Numbered from the stretch's first letter, positions 18,447 to 29,020 are shown. The stretch is 64,000 nucleotides of DNA from Thermoplasmata archaeon (GCA_020348445.1 CP070751.1:4812506-4876505); one strand, 5' to 3'. The notes: generated from the letters alone by a model not told the origin. Translations and numbers: made by a program.

Positions 18447-19964
18447 ATGAAAAAATCCATAATTATCATAGGAGCTGGAGTTGCAGGCCTATCTGCAGGA
18501 TGCTATGGGCAGATGAACGGCTATAATACTCAAATTTTCGAGATGCACACCTTGCCTGGCGGTGTTTGCACTACCTGGAAACGCAAGGGCTACAAAATAG
18601 ACGGCTGTATTCACTGGCTAACTGGTATTAAACCCGAAACTGATTTCTATCAGATATGGGAAGAATTGGGTGTATTACCCAACAGTAACATAATCGAACA
18701 CGAAGAGTACGCCCGGATTGAAGGAAAGGATGGCAAAGTTTTTATTGTCTACTCTGACATCGATCGACTGGAACAGCATATGAAGGAGCTTGCTCCCGAG
18801 GATAAGGATTTGATTGAGGACTTTTGCAATGGAATTCGAAAGATGATGGATTTTCACATACCCTGGGAAAAGGCAGCCGATCTATTCGGTCCATTAGATG
18901 TAATCAAATTAATGAAAAGTATGATCCCCTTTGGAGGGATCTTTCGAAAGTGGGGCAATAAAACAATCCAGGATGTTGCCCAGCGCTTTAAAAATCCATT
19001 CATGCGGGAGGCTTTTCCCTATATATTTAACCTCGAAAACCCGCCTGAATTCCCAATATTGGCTGTAATGAAGACTTTTGCATGGATGAACCAGAAAACA
19101 ATTGGCTATCCCATAGGAGGCTCCTTAGAGCTCGCTCGAGTTATAGAGCAGCGTTATCTTTCTTTGGGTGGTAAGATTAACTATAAGTCACGGGTTGTAA
19201 AGATCTTGGTAGAAAATAACAAGGCAGTGGGTGTGCGGCTGGCTGATGGAAGTGAGCACCGTGCTAACATCGTCGTCTCTGCAGCTGATGGTCGTACCAC
19301 CATTTTTGATATGCTGGATGGTAAGTATATCAATAAAAAGGTCAGGGGTTATTATGAAAAACTCGGTCTCTTTGCACCGTTGATTTATATAGGTCTGGGT
19401 GTAAACCACCCGTATGAAGAGATACCGTCAACAGTAACAGGGATAAATTTTCCCTTCGATAAACCCATCAAGATTGGAGAGAGGGAACGGAACCACTTAA
19501 GTGTACAGTTTTATACCTTTGATCCTACCTTGGCCCCTGAGGGCAAGACATTTGTGAGAGTCCATTTTCCCTCAGATTATGACTACTGGGAAAAACTAAA
19601 GAAGGACTCAAAGCTCTACAAAGCCGAAAAGGAGAAGATTGCACAAAAAGTGATTGCCCAACTTGATGCACGTTTTCCAGGATTTGCCGCTGATGTAGAG
19701 ATGCATGATGTGGCAACACCAATGACCTGGGTACGCTACACAGGTAACTGGCGGGGCAGTTTTGAGGGTTGGATAGAAACACCAAAGACAATGAGGATGC
19801 GTATGAGTCAAATGCTGCCTGGTCTTTCTAACTTCTATATGGCAGGGCAATGGGTTCAACCAGGGGGCAGCATCCCCGCCGTGGCAGTGTCGGGTCGAAA
19901 TGCTGTTCAAATAATTTGTAAAAAGGACAAGAAGGAGTTTATGACATCTAAGCCAGCAAAATAA
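18447..19964 (+). CDS. FAD-dependent oxidoreductase, phytoene-desaturase (CrtI)-like superfamily
   Basis: IIGAGVAGL...E....GG..T.W.RKGY.ID dinucleotide-binding N-terminus; C-terminal NFYMAGQWVQPGG. Confidence 0.85.
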   Translation: MKKSIIIIGAGVAGLSAGCYGQMNGYNTQIFEMHTLPGGVCTTWKRKGYKIDGCIHWLTGIKPETDFYQIWEELGVLPNSNIIEHEEYARIEGKDGKVFIVYSDIDRLEQHMKELAPEDKDLIEDFCNGIRKMMDFHIPWEKAADLFGPLDVIKLMKSMIPFGGIFRKWGNKTIQDVAQRFKNPFMREAFPYIFNLENPPEFPILAVMKTFAWMNQKTIGYPIGGSLELARVIEQRYLSLGGKINYKSRVVKILVENNKAVGVRLADGSEHRANIVVSAADGRTTIFDMLDGKYINKKVRGYYEKLGLFAPLIYIGLGVNHPYEEIPSTVTGINFPFDKPIKIGERERNHLSVQFYTFDPTLAPEGKTFVRVHFPSDYDYWEKLKKDSKLYKAEKEKIAQKVIAQLDARFPGFAADVEMHDVATPMTWVRYTGNWRGSFEGWIETPKTMRMRMSQMLPGLSNFYMAGQWVQPGGSIPAVAVSGRNAVQIICKKDKKEFMTSKPAK

Positions 19965-19976
19965 TACTTGTTACCA

Positions 19977-20639
19977 TCATTCTGACAAATACCCTGCAAA
20001 TATATTAGCCATGAGCCGTCCTTCCGCTTTTCTCATGTGCTGAACTAATGTTGCCTTACTTAAATTGACCTTTTTGGCTAATTGTTCGCTATTGATCTTC
20101 TTGGGATAATCATAATATCCATGCTTGTTGGCTGCAATGAGGATATCCCTTTGTTTGTCAGTTAAAATCGATATAATATCCTGCTTTTGGTATACTGCCT
20201 TTTTGAATGACATATTTGTAATCGTGCCTCCATATTTTTTTACCAGTTCTACAAATTTGGTAAGGTTCTCATTCTCACCTATATATGATACTGTACATTT
20301 ATCTTCTGTAACTATACTTGGTGTTGATAATATTAAATCGAGGTCAAATTCTTTGAATAACTCCATAGACTCTTCCTCTTCAAAGTATTTTATCAGGCAG
20401 GTGTGTGTATTGCCCTCGGATTTTAAAACGCTCATAATTTCCATTTTGCCTATGGATTTCACATCATCAATGGATATGCCCTCTTTTAATTGCACTTCGA
20501 TGAGATCCACACATAATCCTTCTTCGTAGTTACACTTCAACATATCCAAGATCTGATAAGAGTGGATTTTTTCAAATATAGGTTTTTGCGCTTCTTTTAC
20601 CGTCTCATAGGGTTTGAATTCCAGAATTAACTTTCTCAT
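19977..20639 (-). CDS. HTH_10 transcriptional regulator, copy 6
   Basis: LTDKQRDILIAANKHGYY...KATLVQHMRKAE. Confidence 0.92.
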   Translation of the reverse strand: MRKLILEFKPYETVKEAQKPIFEKIHSYQILDMLKCNYEEGLCVDLIEVQLKEGISIDDVKSIGKMEIMSVLKSEGNTHTCLIKYFEEEESMELFKEFDLDLILSTPSIVTEDKCTVSYIGENENLTKFVELVKKYGGTITNMSFKKAVYQKQDIISILTDKQRDILIAANKHGYYDYPKKINSEQLAKKVNLSKATLVQHMRKAEGRLMANIFAGYLSE

Positions 20640-20659
20640 GGGTATCCAAATGAGGTATA

Positions 20660-20675
20660 GGGTATTTAAACTGCT
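20660..20675. promoter_or_regulatory. Conserved motif, copy 8 (left, TATA-containing half only)
   Basis: GGGTATTTAAACTGC; 21 nt from ATG 20639; the right half is absent. Confidence 0.65.
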
Positions 20676-20950
20676 TGTTTAGGTCATTTCGGGCCATTTC
20701 AGAGGTAGGGGATACAATCTAGATTGCTCTTTATGTATAGTGTGTATATAGTTATTAGATGGTTTGCAGCCGATTTTCAAGGGATTTTCACCTTTTTTTC
20801 AAATAAGTTTGAAATTTCAATATATAAACCCGGGCGCAATAGCCTCAAATAGTGATAAAAATGAGAGAATTTGAGCATATATCGCCCCCTCAAAATGCCC
20901 TTGAAAATGAGAAATTCACAAGAATTTTGCCCGGATTTCAAAAAACGTCT

Positions 20951-20986
20951 GGGTATATAAACTATCATATATGTACGGCTCAAATT
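20951..20986. promoter_or_regulatory. Conserved motif, copy 9 (upstream of the ABC operon)
   Basis: GGGTATATAAACTATCATATATGTACGGCTCAAATT. Confidence 0.78.
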
Positions 20987-21032
20987 TTGAATATTTTTCT
21001 GATTATACTCTGAATTAGAATATGGTGATCAA

Positions 21033-21863
21033 ATGGAAGCGACAATAGAAGTAACAAAAACGGCGCACTTCGATGCGCAAAACAGTGCGATGATCGGGTT
21101 TGAGACCTGGTCTGGGGAAAGTGAGAACAATGGATCGATTGTAAGGTCCAATGGGTTAAAAAAGACCTATGACACTGGTAGAACAAAAGTTGAGGCCCTG
21201 AAAGGAGTAAGTATTTCCATAAAAAAGGGCGAAATGGTTGCAATAATGGGCCCTTCGGGATGCGGAAAGACCACACTTCTTAACACCTTGTCAGGTTTGG
21301 ATTCAATAACTGAAGGCGATGTAATGGTTGACGGGGTCAGCCTAAATCAGCTTTCAGACAATGAGAAAACTGACATCAGGGCAAAGAAGATGGGCTTCAT
21401 CTTTCAGTTCTACAACCTCCTGCCTGTTCTTGAGGCAGTGGAGAACGTGGAGCTGCCTCTGCTGCTTTCCGGTGTAAAGCCCAAGGAGGCAAGGAAGAGA
21501 GCCGAACAGATGCTTGCACTAGTCGGTCTCAAAGGAATGGAGCATCAGAGGCCTGCAGAGCTTTCAGGTGGCCAGAGGCAGAGAGTGACCATAGCAAGAG
21601 CCCTTGTGAACAATCCAGCAATTGTCTGGGGAGACGAACCCACTGGGGATCTGGACTCCAACACAAGCCAGGAGATAATGGATCTCTTGTGCAGGTTGAA
21701 CAGAGAAAACAACCAGACATTTGTGATAGTAACCCACGACCTGAATGTGGCAAAGAGGGCTCACAGGATAATAACAATGAGGAACGGAAGGGTGCACGAG
21801 GAGCTTCCTCCAGGCGTTTTGCCAACAATGGAGTTCCTTGAGGGATCCATGGAAAACCAGTAG
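21033..21863 (+). CDS. ABC transporter ATP-binding protein, LolD/MacB type, copy 1
   Basis: GPSGCGKT Walker A, LSGGQRQR signature, [12 protein letters not shown]; ~35-aa N-terminal extension. Confidence 0.95.
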   Translation: MEATIEVTKTAHFDAQNSAMIGFETWSGESENNGSIVRSNGLKKTYDTGRTKVEALKGVSISIKKGEMVAIMGPSGCGKTTLLNTLSGLDSITEGDVMVDGVSLNQLSDNEKTDIRAKKMGFIFQFYNLLPVLEAVENVELPLLLSGVKPKEARKRAEQMLALVGLKGMEHQRPAELSGGQRQRVTIARALVNNPAIVWGDEPTGDLDSNTSQEIMDLLCRLNRENNQTFVIVTHDLNVAKRAHRIITMRNGRVHEELPPGVLPTMEFLEGSMENQ

Positions 21864-24755
21864 GTGAGGAACATGGATTTCGCAGTGTTATTAACCGTTA
21901 TATTCGCCGTAGTTCTTACGGCGATACTATTATCTGGAGCCCGAAACAGAATAACGTTCAAGATGGGGATGAGGAACATCTGGAGAAGGAAAGTGAACAC
22001 AGTCATTATTCTGTCAGGGCTAATGGTTGGGACGATCATCATCTCCTCGTCCTTTGTTGTCAGGGACACAATGAACGAGTTTGTCACTGACAGTGTTTAT
22101 GATACTTATTATATGGATGATGTAGTCCTTGTGGGAAAGGCCGTAAACGGCGAGGAAGTGTATTTCAACCAGGAAGTAATGGACGATGTCGAGGCTGTTT
22201 GTGGAAAGAACGCAGATGGAGGGCGGGGATATATTAAAGACGAGGTTTCCTTGTCTCACCCGGCCGCGTCCTTGTTCGAGCCAGTTGTGACCATAAACGG
22301 CGTTGGCTACGAGACATCATCCGCTTTCGGACCTTTTGTAAGCAATGGAAACGAGGTAGAAATATCAAGTAACGAGCTTTGGGTGGGAGAAAACCTTGCA
22401 GAGGACCTTGATATAACTTCAGGGAGCTTGGTCATAATCTACGCCATGGGAGCTCAGCACAACATGCTTGTAACAGGAATACTGGATGCTGAAGGAAGGA
22501 CAGAGGATGGTAATGGCATCTTCGTTGCCTTAGAGACTGCTCAGACCATGCTTAACGAGCCCGGCAGGATCAATATGATTGCAATCTCAAATCCTGGTGG
22601 TGTCCGAGATTCAGTTGGTGAAGAGCAGGTAATTGATGCAATTGATGAGGCTGATCTTAAGGATGGAAGCATCACGATAGAGGTTCTTTCCAGCAAGAAG
22701 GCAGATATAGAACTTGAAAAGGAAGCAGCTGAGGGATTCACGAGCATTTTCTTGTTCCTAGGGGTTTTCAGTATCATTACTGGAGTCATTCTAATAATCA
22801 ACATCTTTGTGATGCTTGGTGAGGAGAGAAAATCAGAGATGGGAATGGCAAGAGCCCTTGGCATGCGCCAGAAGGTCCTTAGGAAGCTCTACCTTTATGA
22901 AGGAACAGGATACGCGGTGTTCGCATCCTTTTTAGGAGCCATAATAGGTATCGGGGTCGGTTACGGTGTCATGTATTTCATAAGTGAGTTCATGACTTCT
23001 CCACAACCTGGTGTGCAGTGGAGTTTACTTGAACACTTCACCTATACAGCAGACGGCCTGATAACTGCATTTGTCATGGGATTCTTCATCACCCTTACAA
23101 CCATAATTATTACATCAAGCAGGATAAGTAAAATCAACATCATCAGAGCTGTCCGCAACATCCCTGAGCCTCCAATTGACAAGGGAAGCAAGAAGATGTT
23201 CAGGACTGGATTTGTACTTATTATACTTGGAGCATTACTTGCACTCATGGCTTATTCAGCAGGCGGCCCTGGAACCATGGCATTGTTTGCCGGCGGCATA
23301 ACATCGATCATCTTCGGAACCGGCCTGATACTGAGAAGGTATGTGGGAGATAGAATTGCAATGACCCTGGCAGGAATTGTAGTTCTGGTTATGTTGTCTC
23401 TTCCATTCGAAGCCTGGCCCGGACACCTCGTAGGTGATATGGATATGTTCATCCTAGGTGGTATGTTCAGGATCCTTTCAGCCCTGATGGTTATAATGTT
23501 CAACAGCGACTATGTTGTAAAGTTCATCTCTTTCATTGCAGGCAAGGGAAAGAACGGAAGAAAGGCTCTAGTGAAGATAGCCATCTCCTATCCATTGACA
23601 TCAAAATTCAGAACCGGAATGACAGTGGCAATGTTCGCTTTAATAATCTTCGTGATTACAATAATGCAGGTAATGGTGGGGATGTTCAGCTACAACATTG
23701 ATGCGCAGATTGATGAGGTAAGTGGTGGATACCACATCATTGGAAATACAATCTCCGACACTCCCATCATCATGTTAGAGGAGACCATAGAGCAAAACGA
23801 GCTCCTCGCTCCCGAGGTTGTAGGCTTCTTTGCTCCGATCTCTGGGAACGCAATCATTGAGACTCCTGATTATCCTGACGAGCAACCGTTCCCTAACCAG
23901 TTCGTTGGATTTGATAATGATTCTCTTGAAAATAGCCCCTTCAAGCTTAAAACATACATGGATTCTTACCCTAATGGGGAAGCAGTTTGGAGAGAGCTTA
24001 TGGTCAATGAAAGCGTTGTTGTTGCAGATAGCAGTCTGGCTTATGATGAGTATGCAATGGAAATAACAGGCTACCTGTTGCTTGGTGATAAGATAAATGT
24101 GCTTACTAAGACCGGATCCTATGAGAACCTTACCATCATCGGCTTCATGGATTCCTTTGTTATCAGAGGGATAATACAGCACGAGTCCCTTGTAAAAGAT
24201 GCAGGTATCTATGGCTCTAGCCAGATACTAATAAAGGTTAGGGACGAGGGCAAATCATCAGAAGTTGCCAAGGAGCTTGAAAAGGCATTCCTCGCCAATG
24301 GTCTACAGACCATAGTAATAAGGGAAACCATGGAAGAGCAGCTCGGTGCAATGAATCAGTTCTTTGACCTATTCCAGGCCTATATGAGCATTGGCCTGAT
24401 TGTGGGCATAGCAGGATTGGGCATCATCATAATAAGGGCTGTTACAGAGCGGTTCAAGGAGATTGGGATGATAAGGGCCATAGGCTTCAAGAGAAAGATG
24501 GTACTTTCATCGTTCCTGATAGAATCCACATTTGTTGCGGTCCTAGGGATACTAATAGGCGTTAGTCTGGGAGTAGTCTCTGGTTACAGCTTTTGGCTGG
24601 AGGACTTCAAGGAAATTGGCTGGTCCTTCTACTTGCCTTGGGGAGAGATCGCATTAGTGGGATTCATGGCGCTTGCAGTAAGCCTTCTTTGCACAATCCC
24701 TCCAAGCTACAAGGCAAGCAAGATATCGCCAGCAGAGGCACTGAGGTACGAATAA
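21864..24755 (+). CDS. FtsX/MacB-like ABC permease with a duplicated permease domain, copy 1
   Basis: EERKSEMGMARALG and ERFKEIGMIRAIG FtsX motifs; ends PAEALRYE; start may be ATG 21873. Confidence 0.92.
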   Translation: MRNMDFAVLLTVIFAVVLTAILLSGARNRITFKMGMRNIWRRKVNTVIILSGLMVGTIIISSSFVVRDTMNEFVTDSVYDTYYMDDVVLVGKAVNGEEVYFNQEVMDDVEAVCGKNADGGRGYIKDEVSLSHPAASLFEPVVTINGVGYETSSAFGPFVSNGNEVEISSNELWVGENLAEDLDITSGSLVIIYAMGAQHNMLVTGILDAEGRTEDGNGIFVALETAQTMLNEPGRINMIAISNPGGVRDSVGEEQVIDAIDEADLKDGSITIEVLSSKKADIELEKEAAEGFTSIFLFLGVFSIITGVILIINIFVMLGEERKSEMGMARALGMRQKVLRKLYLYEGTGYAVFASFLGAIIGIGVGYGVMYFISEFMTSPQPGVQWSLLEHFTYTADGLITAFVMGFFITLTTIIITSSRISKINIIRAVRNIPEPPIDKGSKKMFRTGFVLIILGALLALMAYSAGGPGTMALFAGGITSIIFGTGLILRRYVGDRIAMTLAGIVVLVMLSLPFEAWPGHLVGDMDMFILGGMFRILSALMVIMFNSDYVVKFISFIAGKGKNGRKALVKIAISYPLTSKFRTGMTVAMFALIIFVITIMQVMVGMFSYNIDAQIDEVSGGYHIIGNTISDTPIIMLEETIEQNELLAPEVVGFFAPISGNAIIETPDYPDEQPFPNQFVGFDNDSLENSPFKLKTYMDSYPNGEAVWRELMVNESVVVADSSLAYDEYAMEITGYLLLGDKINVLTKTGSYENLTIIGFMDSFVIRGIIQHESLVKDAGIYGSSQILIKVRDEGKSSEVAKELEKAFLANGLQTIVIRETMEEQLGAMNQFFDLFQAYMSIGLIVGIAGLGIIIIRAVTERFKEIGMIRAIGFKRKMVLSSFLIESTFVAVLGILIGVSLGVVSGYSFWLEDFKEIGWSFYLPWGEIALVGFMALAVSLLCTIPPSYKASKISPAEALRYE

Positions 24756-24785
24756 AGCGGGAAAATGATGACCATTTGATCGCCG

Positions 24786-24809
24786 GGGCGGGGGTTCCCC
24801 GCCCTTTTT
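24786..24809 (+). terminator. GC hairpin plus T-tract (intrinsic-terminator-like)
   Basis: GGGCGGGG-GTT-CCCCGCCC-TTTTT, 30 bp after the permease stop. Confidence 0.7.
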
Positions 24810-24842
24810 ATATATTTGATTAACATTAAAGAGGTGAAAAAT

Positions 24843-25748
24843 ATGAAAGTAATTGTATATGAAAAATATGGACCACCAGAGGTCCTTCATTTCAAAGAGG
24901 TTCCAAAACCCACTCCGTCGGACAATGAGATACTGATAAAAGTTCACGCCACAACAGTAACCTTTGGGGACATGAGTATTCGAAGTTTCAAATTTCCTAT
25001 ATTATTCTGGCTCCCTATGCGAATATTTTTTGGATTCACAAAACCAAGAAAAAAGATATTGGGTCATGAACTGGCCGGGGAAATTGAATCCGTAGGCAAA
25101 GATGTGAAATTATTCAAAAAAGGCGATCAAGTCTTTGCTTCAACCGGTTTTGCTGGTGGTGCCTATGCCGAGTACATATGCCTTCCTGAAAATGGTATAA
25201 TCGCAAAAAAACCTGACAATATGACCTATGAGGAAGCTGCGGCGGTTCCCGTTGGGGGAAATACAGCATTGCAGATTCTTAGAAAAGCGAATATTAAGAA
25301 AGGACAGAAGGTCCTTATCTATGGAGCATCCGGATCGGTAGGTTCCTATGCAGTACAGTTTGCCAAGTACTTTGGCGCAGAGGTCACCGGTGTCTGCAGC
25401 ACTTCACATTTGGAATTCGTAAGATCCCTGGGTGCAGATTCTGTAATTGATTACACCAAAGAGGATTTTACCGAAATCAGCGAAACCTACGACGTTATTT
25501 TCGACGCGGTGAGGAAGATCCCATCTTCCTTTAAGAAAAAATCGCTAAAGAAAAATGGTTTCTTTATTTCTGCTATGTCCATGGCACCCGAATCCCCTGA
25601 AAATCTATATTTTATCAAAGAGCTTATCGAGGCAGGATCGGTCAAAGCAGCAATAGATAGAAGCTATCCCTTTGAACAGATAGTCGAGGCCCACAGGTAT
25701 GTGGATAAAGGACACAAAAAGGGGAATGTGGCAATAACGATGAGGTAA
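24843..25748 (+). CDS. Zinc-independent MDR oxidoreductase, copy 5
   Basis: [26 protein letters not shown] (track start 24816). Confidence 0.92.
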   Translation: MKVIVYEKYGPPEVLHFKEVPKPTPSDNEILIKVHATTVTFGDMSIRSFKFPILFWLPMRIFFGFTKPRKKILGHELAGEIESVGKDVKLFKKGDQVFASTGFAGGAYAEYICLPENGIIAKKPDNMTYEEAAAVPVGGNTALQILRKANIKKGQKVLIYGASGSVGSYAVQFAKYFGAEVTGVCSTSHLEFVRSLGADSVIDYTKEDFTEISETYDVIFDAVRKIPSSFKKKSLKKNGFFISAMSMAPESPENLYFIKELIEAGSVKAAIDRSYPFEQIVEAHRYVDKGHKKGNVAITMR

Positions 25749-25757
25749 AATCGCAAA

Positions 25758-25768
25758 ACCTAACAAAG
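25758..25768 (+). repeat. Conserved MDR 3' tail ACCTAACAAAG (non-coding here)
   Basis: Lies 10 nt downstream of the current stop codon. Confidence 0.55.
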
Positions 25769-25918
25769 AACAGCACCAGAAGGATTCGAAAAATATTATA
25801 TGAGACTACCTTATTCCCCTTTAAGCAGATGATAGGAGAATCATGACTTTTGAGCATAATAATTGAACCAAACTAGGTAACTATATAGGGCAATTTAAAA
25901 TAAGAAGGAGATGAAGAA

Positions 25919-26374
25919 ATGGTTGAGGATAAAGAGAAACAAGAAGCAGAAAAGGTGAAAGAAGAAGAAAAAGTGATTACAGATCGCTTAGTAGATCCGA
26001 AGATCAATATTAGGATATTACTTGCAGCATTTTGGATATCACATTTCTTACTCTGGACATTTGGAGATATGGTAGCCCTTCTGCAACATAAAAATCCTGA
26101 TCCAGTCTCAAACGATTTATTAACATTTCTCGCAGCACCGCTTGCGATCATTCAAACATTCATGATTGTATTCTCTTTAATAGGAAAGCCCAAATTGGTT
26201 CGTTGGGTAAACATAATTATGGCCATAGTATTTTTATTATTTAATATAGGGTATTTAAGCGAGGCTGTTGATGGTTGGGAATATCTATTAGGAATTGCAT
26301 ATGTTCTGTTCAATGTTCTAATGATTTGGACTGCTTGGATGTGGCCTAAACTTGAAGTTAGCACAAAGATGTGA
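25919..26374 (+). CDS. DUF6326-like membrane protein with an acidic N-terminal leader
   Basis: [16 protein letters not shown]...MIVFSL...RWVNII; about four TM segments; GTGA overlap with the MDR copy 6 reading frame. Confidence 0.55.
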   Translation: MVEDKEKQEAEKVKEEEKVITDRLVDPKINIRILLAAFWISHFLLWTFGDMVALLQHKNPDPVSNDLLTFLAAPLAIIQTFMIVFSLIGKPKLVRWVNIIMAIVFLLFNIGYLSEAVDGWEYLLGIAYVLFNVLMIWTAWMWPKLEVSTKM

Positions 26375-26379
26375 TTTAC

Positions 26380-27303
26380 ATGAAAGGCATGGTATACGAA
26401 AAATACGGAGGGCCTGATGTTTTCCATCTTAAGGAGGTCCCCAAACCCACTCCCAAAGACAATGAACTACTAGTAAAAGTTCATGCAACAACAGTAAATG
26501 CAGCCACAAGGTGGGCACGAACCGGCAAACACCCCGATTCAGCATTCTTTACCTTTATGACACGAGTGTTCTTCGGCTTCACAAAACCGAAAAAACCCAT
26601 AATAGGGTATGAGCTGTCAGGGGAAGTTGAAGAGGTGGGAAAGGCAGTAAAACGATTCAAGAAAGGAGATCAGATCTATGCATCCACTACAGGGCTTGCG
26701 GCCGGAGCCTATGCCGAGTATGTATGCATTCCTGAAGAATGGAAAAAAGGTGTGGTGGCCATAAAACCTTCCAATGCTACCCATGCGGAAGCCGCCTGTG
26801 TTCCAGTGGCGGGTATGGCAGCGTTGCACATTCTCAGAAAAGCAAACATTCAGAAAGGACAAAAGGTCCTTATCTATGGAGCTTCTGGGAGCTTGGGCAC
26901 CTATGGGGTTCAGCTTGCCAAGTACTTTGGAGCAGATGTAACCGGGGTATGCAGCCATCGGCATCTAGAAAAGGTAAAATCAATCGGAGCCAGTAGAGTA
27001 ATTGATTATACAAAAGAGGATTTCACAAAAGACGGGAAGATCTATGACGTGGTTTTTGAAGCAGTAGGTAAGATCTCACCAAAGATTTGTAAAATGGTCC
27101 TAAAAAAAGATGGAACCTATCTTACCTCGAAAACTCTAACAAGCGAAACTACTGAGAAGATGGACTTTCTCAGAGAACTTATTGAAGGAGGAAAGATAAA
27201 ACCAGTCATAGATAGAACCTATCCCCTAGAACAAACCGCTGAGGCTCATAGATATGTAGATAAAGGACACAAATGGGGAAATGTGGTAATAACTGTGGCG
27301 TAA
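26380..27303 (+). CDS. Zinc-independent MDR oxidoreductase, copy 6 (d-like)
   Basis: [11 protein letters not shown] and TSETTEK shared with copy 4 (track start 26371). Confidence 0.92.
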   Translation: MKGMVYEKYGGPDVFHLKEVPKPTPKDNELLVKVHATTVNAATRWARTGKHPDSAFFTFMTRVFFGFTKPKKPIIGYELSGEVEEVGKAVKRFKKGDQIYASTTGLAAGAYAEYVCIPEEWKKGVVAIKPSNATHAEAACVPVAGMAALHILRKANIQKGQKVLIYGASGSLGTYGVQLAKYFGADVTGVCSHRHLEKVKSIGASRVIDYTKEDFTKDGKIYDVVFEAVGKISPKICKMVLKKDGTYLTSKTLTSETTEKMDFLRELIEGGKIKPVIDRTYPLEQTAEAHRYVDKGHKWGNVVITVA

Positions 27304-27312
27304 GTTGATAAA

Positions 27313-27321
27313 ACCTAACAA
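27313..27321 (+). repeat. Conserved MDR 3' tail ACCTAACAA (non-coding here)
   Basis: Lies 10 nt downstream of the current stop codon. Confidence 0.55.
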
Positions 27322-27364
27322 TTAAGCGTAATAGTGATAATTTCAATAGAAGGATGTGAGAGAA

Positions 27365-28093
27365 ATGGTTGAGGAAGAGGAGAAAAAGGAACCTGAGGAT
27401 AAAAAGGAAGAAAAAAAGGATTATTACAGAAAGACCGCAATAATTGTGGGAGTATTATTTATAACTGCTACGGCTATTACCATAGTTGGCATTGTTTTTA
27501 TGGGATCCTCTTTAGAGGACGATCCGGTTGACCTTGTCAAGGTAGCTGATAATGAAACCGGGTTAATAATTGCTGGTATATGCTGTATAATCCTTGCCAT
27601 TTCAGTTGCTGGTATTGGGTTTTTTATGCATCCAATCCTAAAAAAATACCATGAAGGTTTGTCCCTTGGATATGTTTCTTTCAGGCTTATCGAGACAATT
27701 TTAATTCTTGCAGCTGTAATCAGCCTCCAATCACTTTTGACATTAAGTCAGGAGTTTGTAGAAGGAGAGTTATCTGCCGCAGATTATGAACCTTCAGTAA
27801 CCTTATTGATGGCATTATTTAACTGGTCCTTTATAATCGGCACAATGATCTTCTTGGGATTGGGAGGCCTGGTGCTTAATTTTATGTTGTTCAAATTGAA
27901 GCTTGTTCCTTCATGGTTATCGATCTGGGGTTTTATTGGAGGAGCATGTGTTTTATTGTATGGCCTGATAAGTTTGTTCGGGCATGATCCTGCCATTCTG
28001 GCTGCTCCCATAGCTTTCCAGGAAATGGTGTTTGCGGTATGGATCATAGCCAAAGGTTTTGATACAACTGTAATGGATTCTAAGGAGGGATAA
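27365..28093 (+). CDS. DUF4386-family membrane protein with an acidic N-terminal leader
   Basis: RKTAIIVGVLFI...GYVSFRLIE...LVPSWLSIWG...EMVFAVWIIAKGF (track start 27356). Confidence 0.78.
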   Translation: MVEEEEKKEPEDKKEEKKDYYRKTAIIVGVLFITATAITIVGIVFMGSSLEDDPVDLVKVADNETGLIIAGICCIILAISVAGIGFFMHPILKKYHEGLSLGYVSFRLIETILILAAVISLQSLLTLSQEFVEGELSAADYEPSVTLLMALFNWSFIIGTMIFLGLGGLVLNFMLFKLKLVPSWLSIWGFIGGACVLLYGLISLFGHDPAILAAPIAFQEMVFAVWIIAKGFDTTVMDSKEG

Positions 28094-28099
28094 ATAAAC

Positions 28100-29020
28100 A
28101 TGAAAGCTGTTATAACCACAAAATACGGACCGCCGGAGGTTCTCAAGTTTGAAGAGATAGAAAAACCTATCCCTAAAGATAATGAAGTGCTTATAAAGAT
28201 TCATGCAACATCGGCACATATAGGGGACACTCGAATACGAAAGCCTGATCCATGGGCTGTAAGACTTATGTTTGGTCTTTTTAGGCCAAAAAGAATCCCT
28301 ATATTGGGGATGGAGTTAGCTGGGGAAATTGAGAAAGCGGGCAAAGATGTAAAAATGTTTAAGAAGGGAGATGAGGTCTTTGCATTTGCTGGTTTTGGTT
28401 TTGGAGCTTATGCTGAATACATATGTCTACCTGAAAAACCTGAGAAAGGAACCATTGAAAGAAAGGGATTGGTGGCAATGAAACCCAATAATTTAACCTA
28501 TGAGGAAGCCGCCTGCGTTCCTGCTGGAGGAATTACAGTAGTAAGAGTTTTTGAAAAGGGAAATATCCAGAAAGGACAAAAAGTCATGATCTACGGAGCC
28601 TCTGGAAGTTTGGGAACCTATTCCGTACAGATGGCTAAATACTATGGGGCAGAGGTTACAGGGGTATGCAGTACCTCGAATTTAGAGATGGTGAAATCTA
28701 TTGGAGCAGATTCGGTAATTGACTACACCAAAGGGGATTTTACCAAAAGCGGTGGGACCTATGATGTTATTTTCGATGCAGTAGGGAAGACTTCGCGTTC
28801 ACGTTGTAAACCCTTACTAAAAAACAATGGAGTTTATCTTAACACAAACGGTCTAGGAAAAATCAAAGCTGAGGATCTAAATTTCCTAAAAGAACTTATT
28901 GAGAAGGGAAAGCTAAGACCAGTTATTGATAGAACGTATATGCTAGAACAGATTGTCGAGGCTCATAAGTATGTGGACAAAGGGCATAAAAAGGGAAATG
29001 TGGCAATAACTGTTGTATGA
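28100..29020 (+). CDS. Zinc-independent MDR oxidoreductase, copy 7
   Basis: GMELAGE, GASGSLG; [12 protein letters not shown] insertion. Confidence 0.92.
   Translation: MKAVITTKYGPPEVLKFEEIEKPIPKDNEVLIKIHATSAHIGDTRIRKPDPWAVRLMFGLFRPKRIPILGMELAGEIEKAGKDVKMFKKGDEVFAFAGFGFGAYAEYICLPEKPEKGTIERKGLVAMKPNNLTYEEAACVPAGGITVVRVFEKGNIQKGQKVMIYGASGSLGTYSVQMAKYYGAEVTGVCSTSNLEMVKSIGADSVIDYTKGDFTKSGGTYDVIFDAVGKTSRSRCKPLLKNNGVYLNTNGLGKIKAEDLNFLKELIEKGKLRPVIDRTYMLEQIVEAHKYVDKGHKKGNVAITVV

Noticed and set aside
18447-19964. Carotenoid biosynthesis (crtI)
   Set aside because: Only superfamily-level motifs are present and there is no crtB, crtE or crtY nearby, so no gene symbol was assigned.
9042-20529. Mutually similar plus-strand ORFs at 9042, 11899, 16498 and 20125 that look like a gene family
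   Set aside because: Each is antisense to an HTH_10 paralog, so the similarity is inherited from the real genes.
4032-20639. Naming the regulators bat (light/oxygen sensors)
   Set aside because: They are about 217 aa and lack the PAS/LOV/GAF region of Bat; only the HTH_10 domain is shared.
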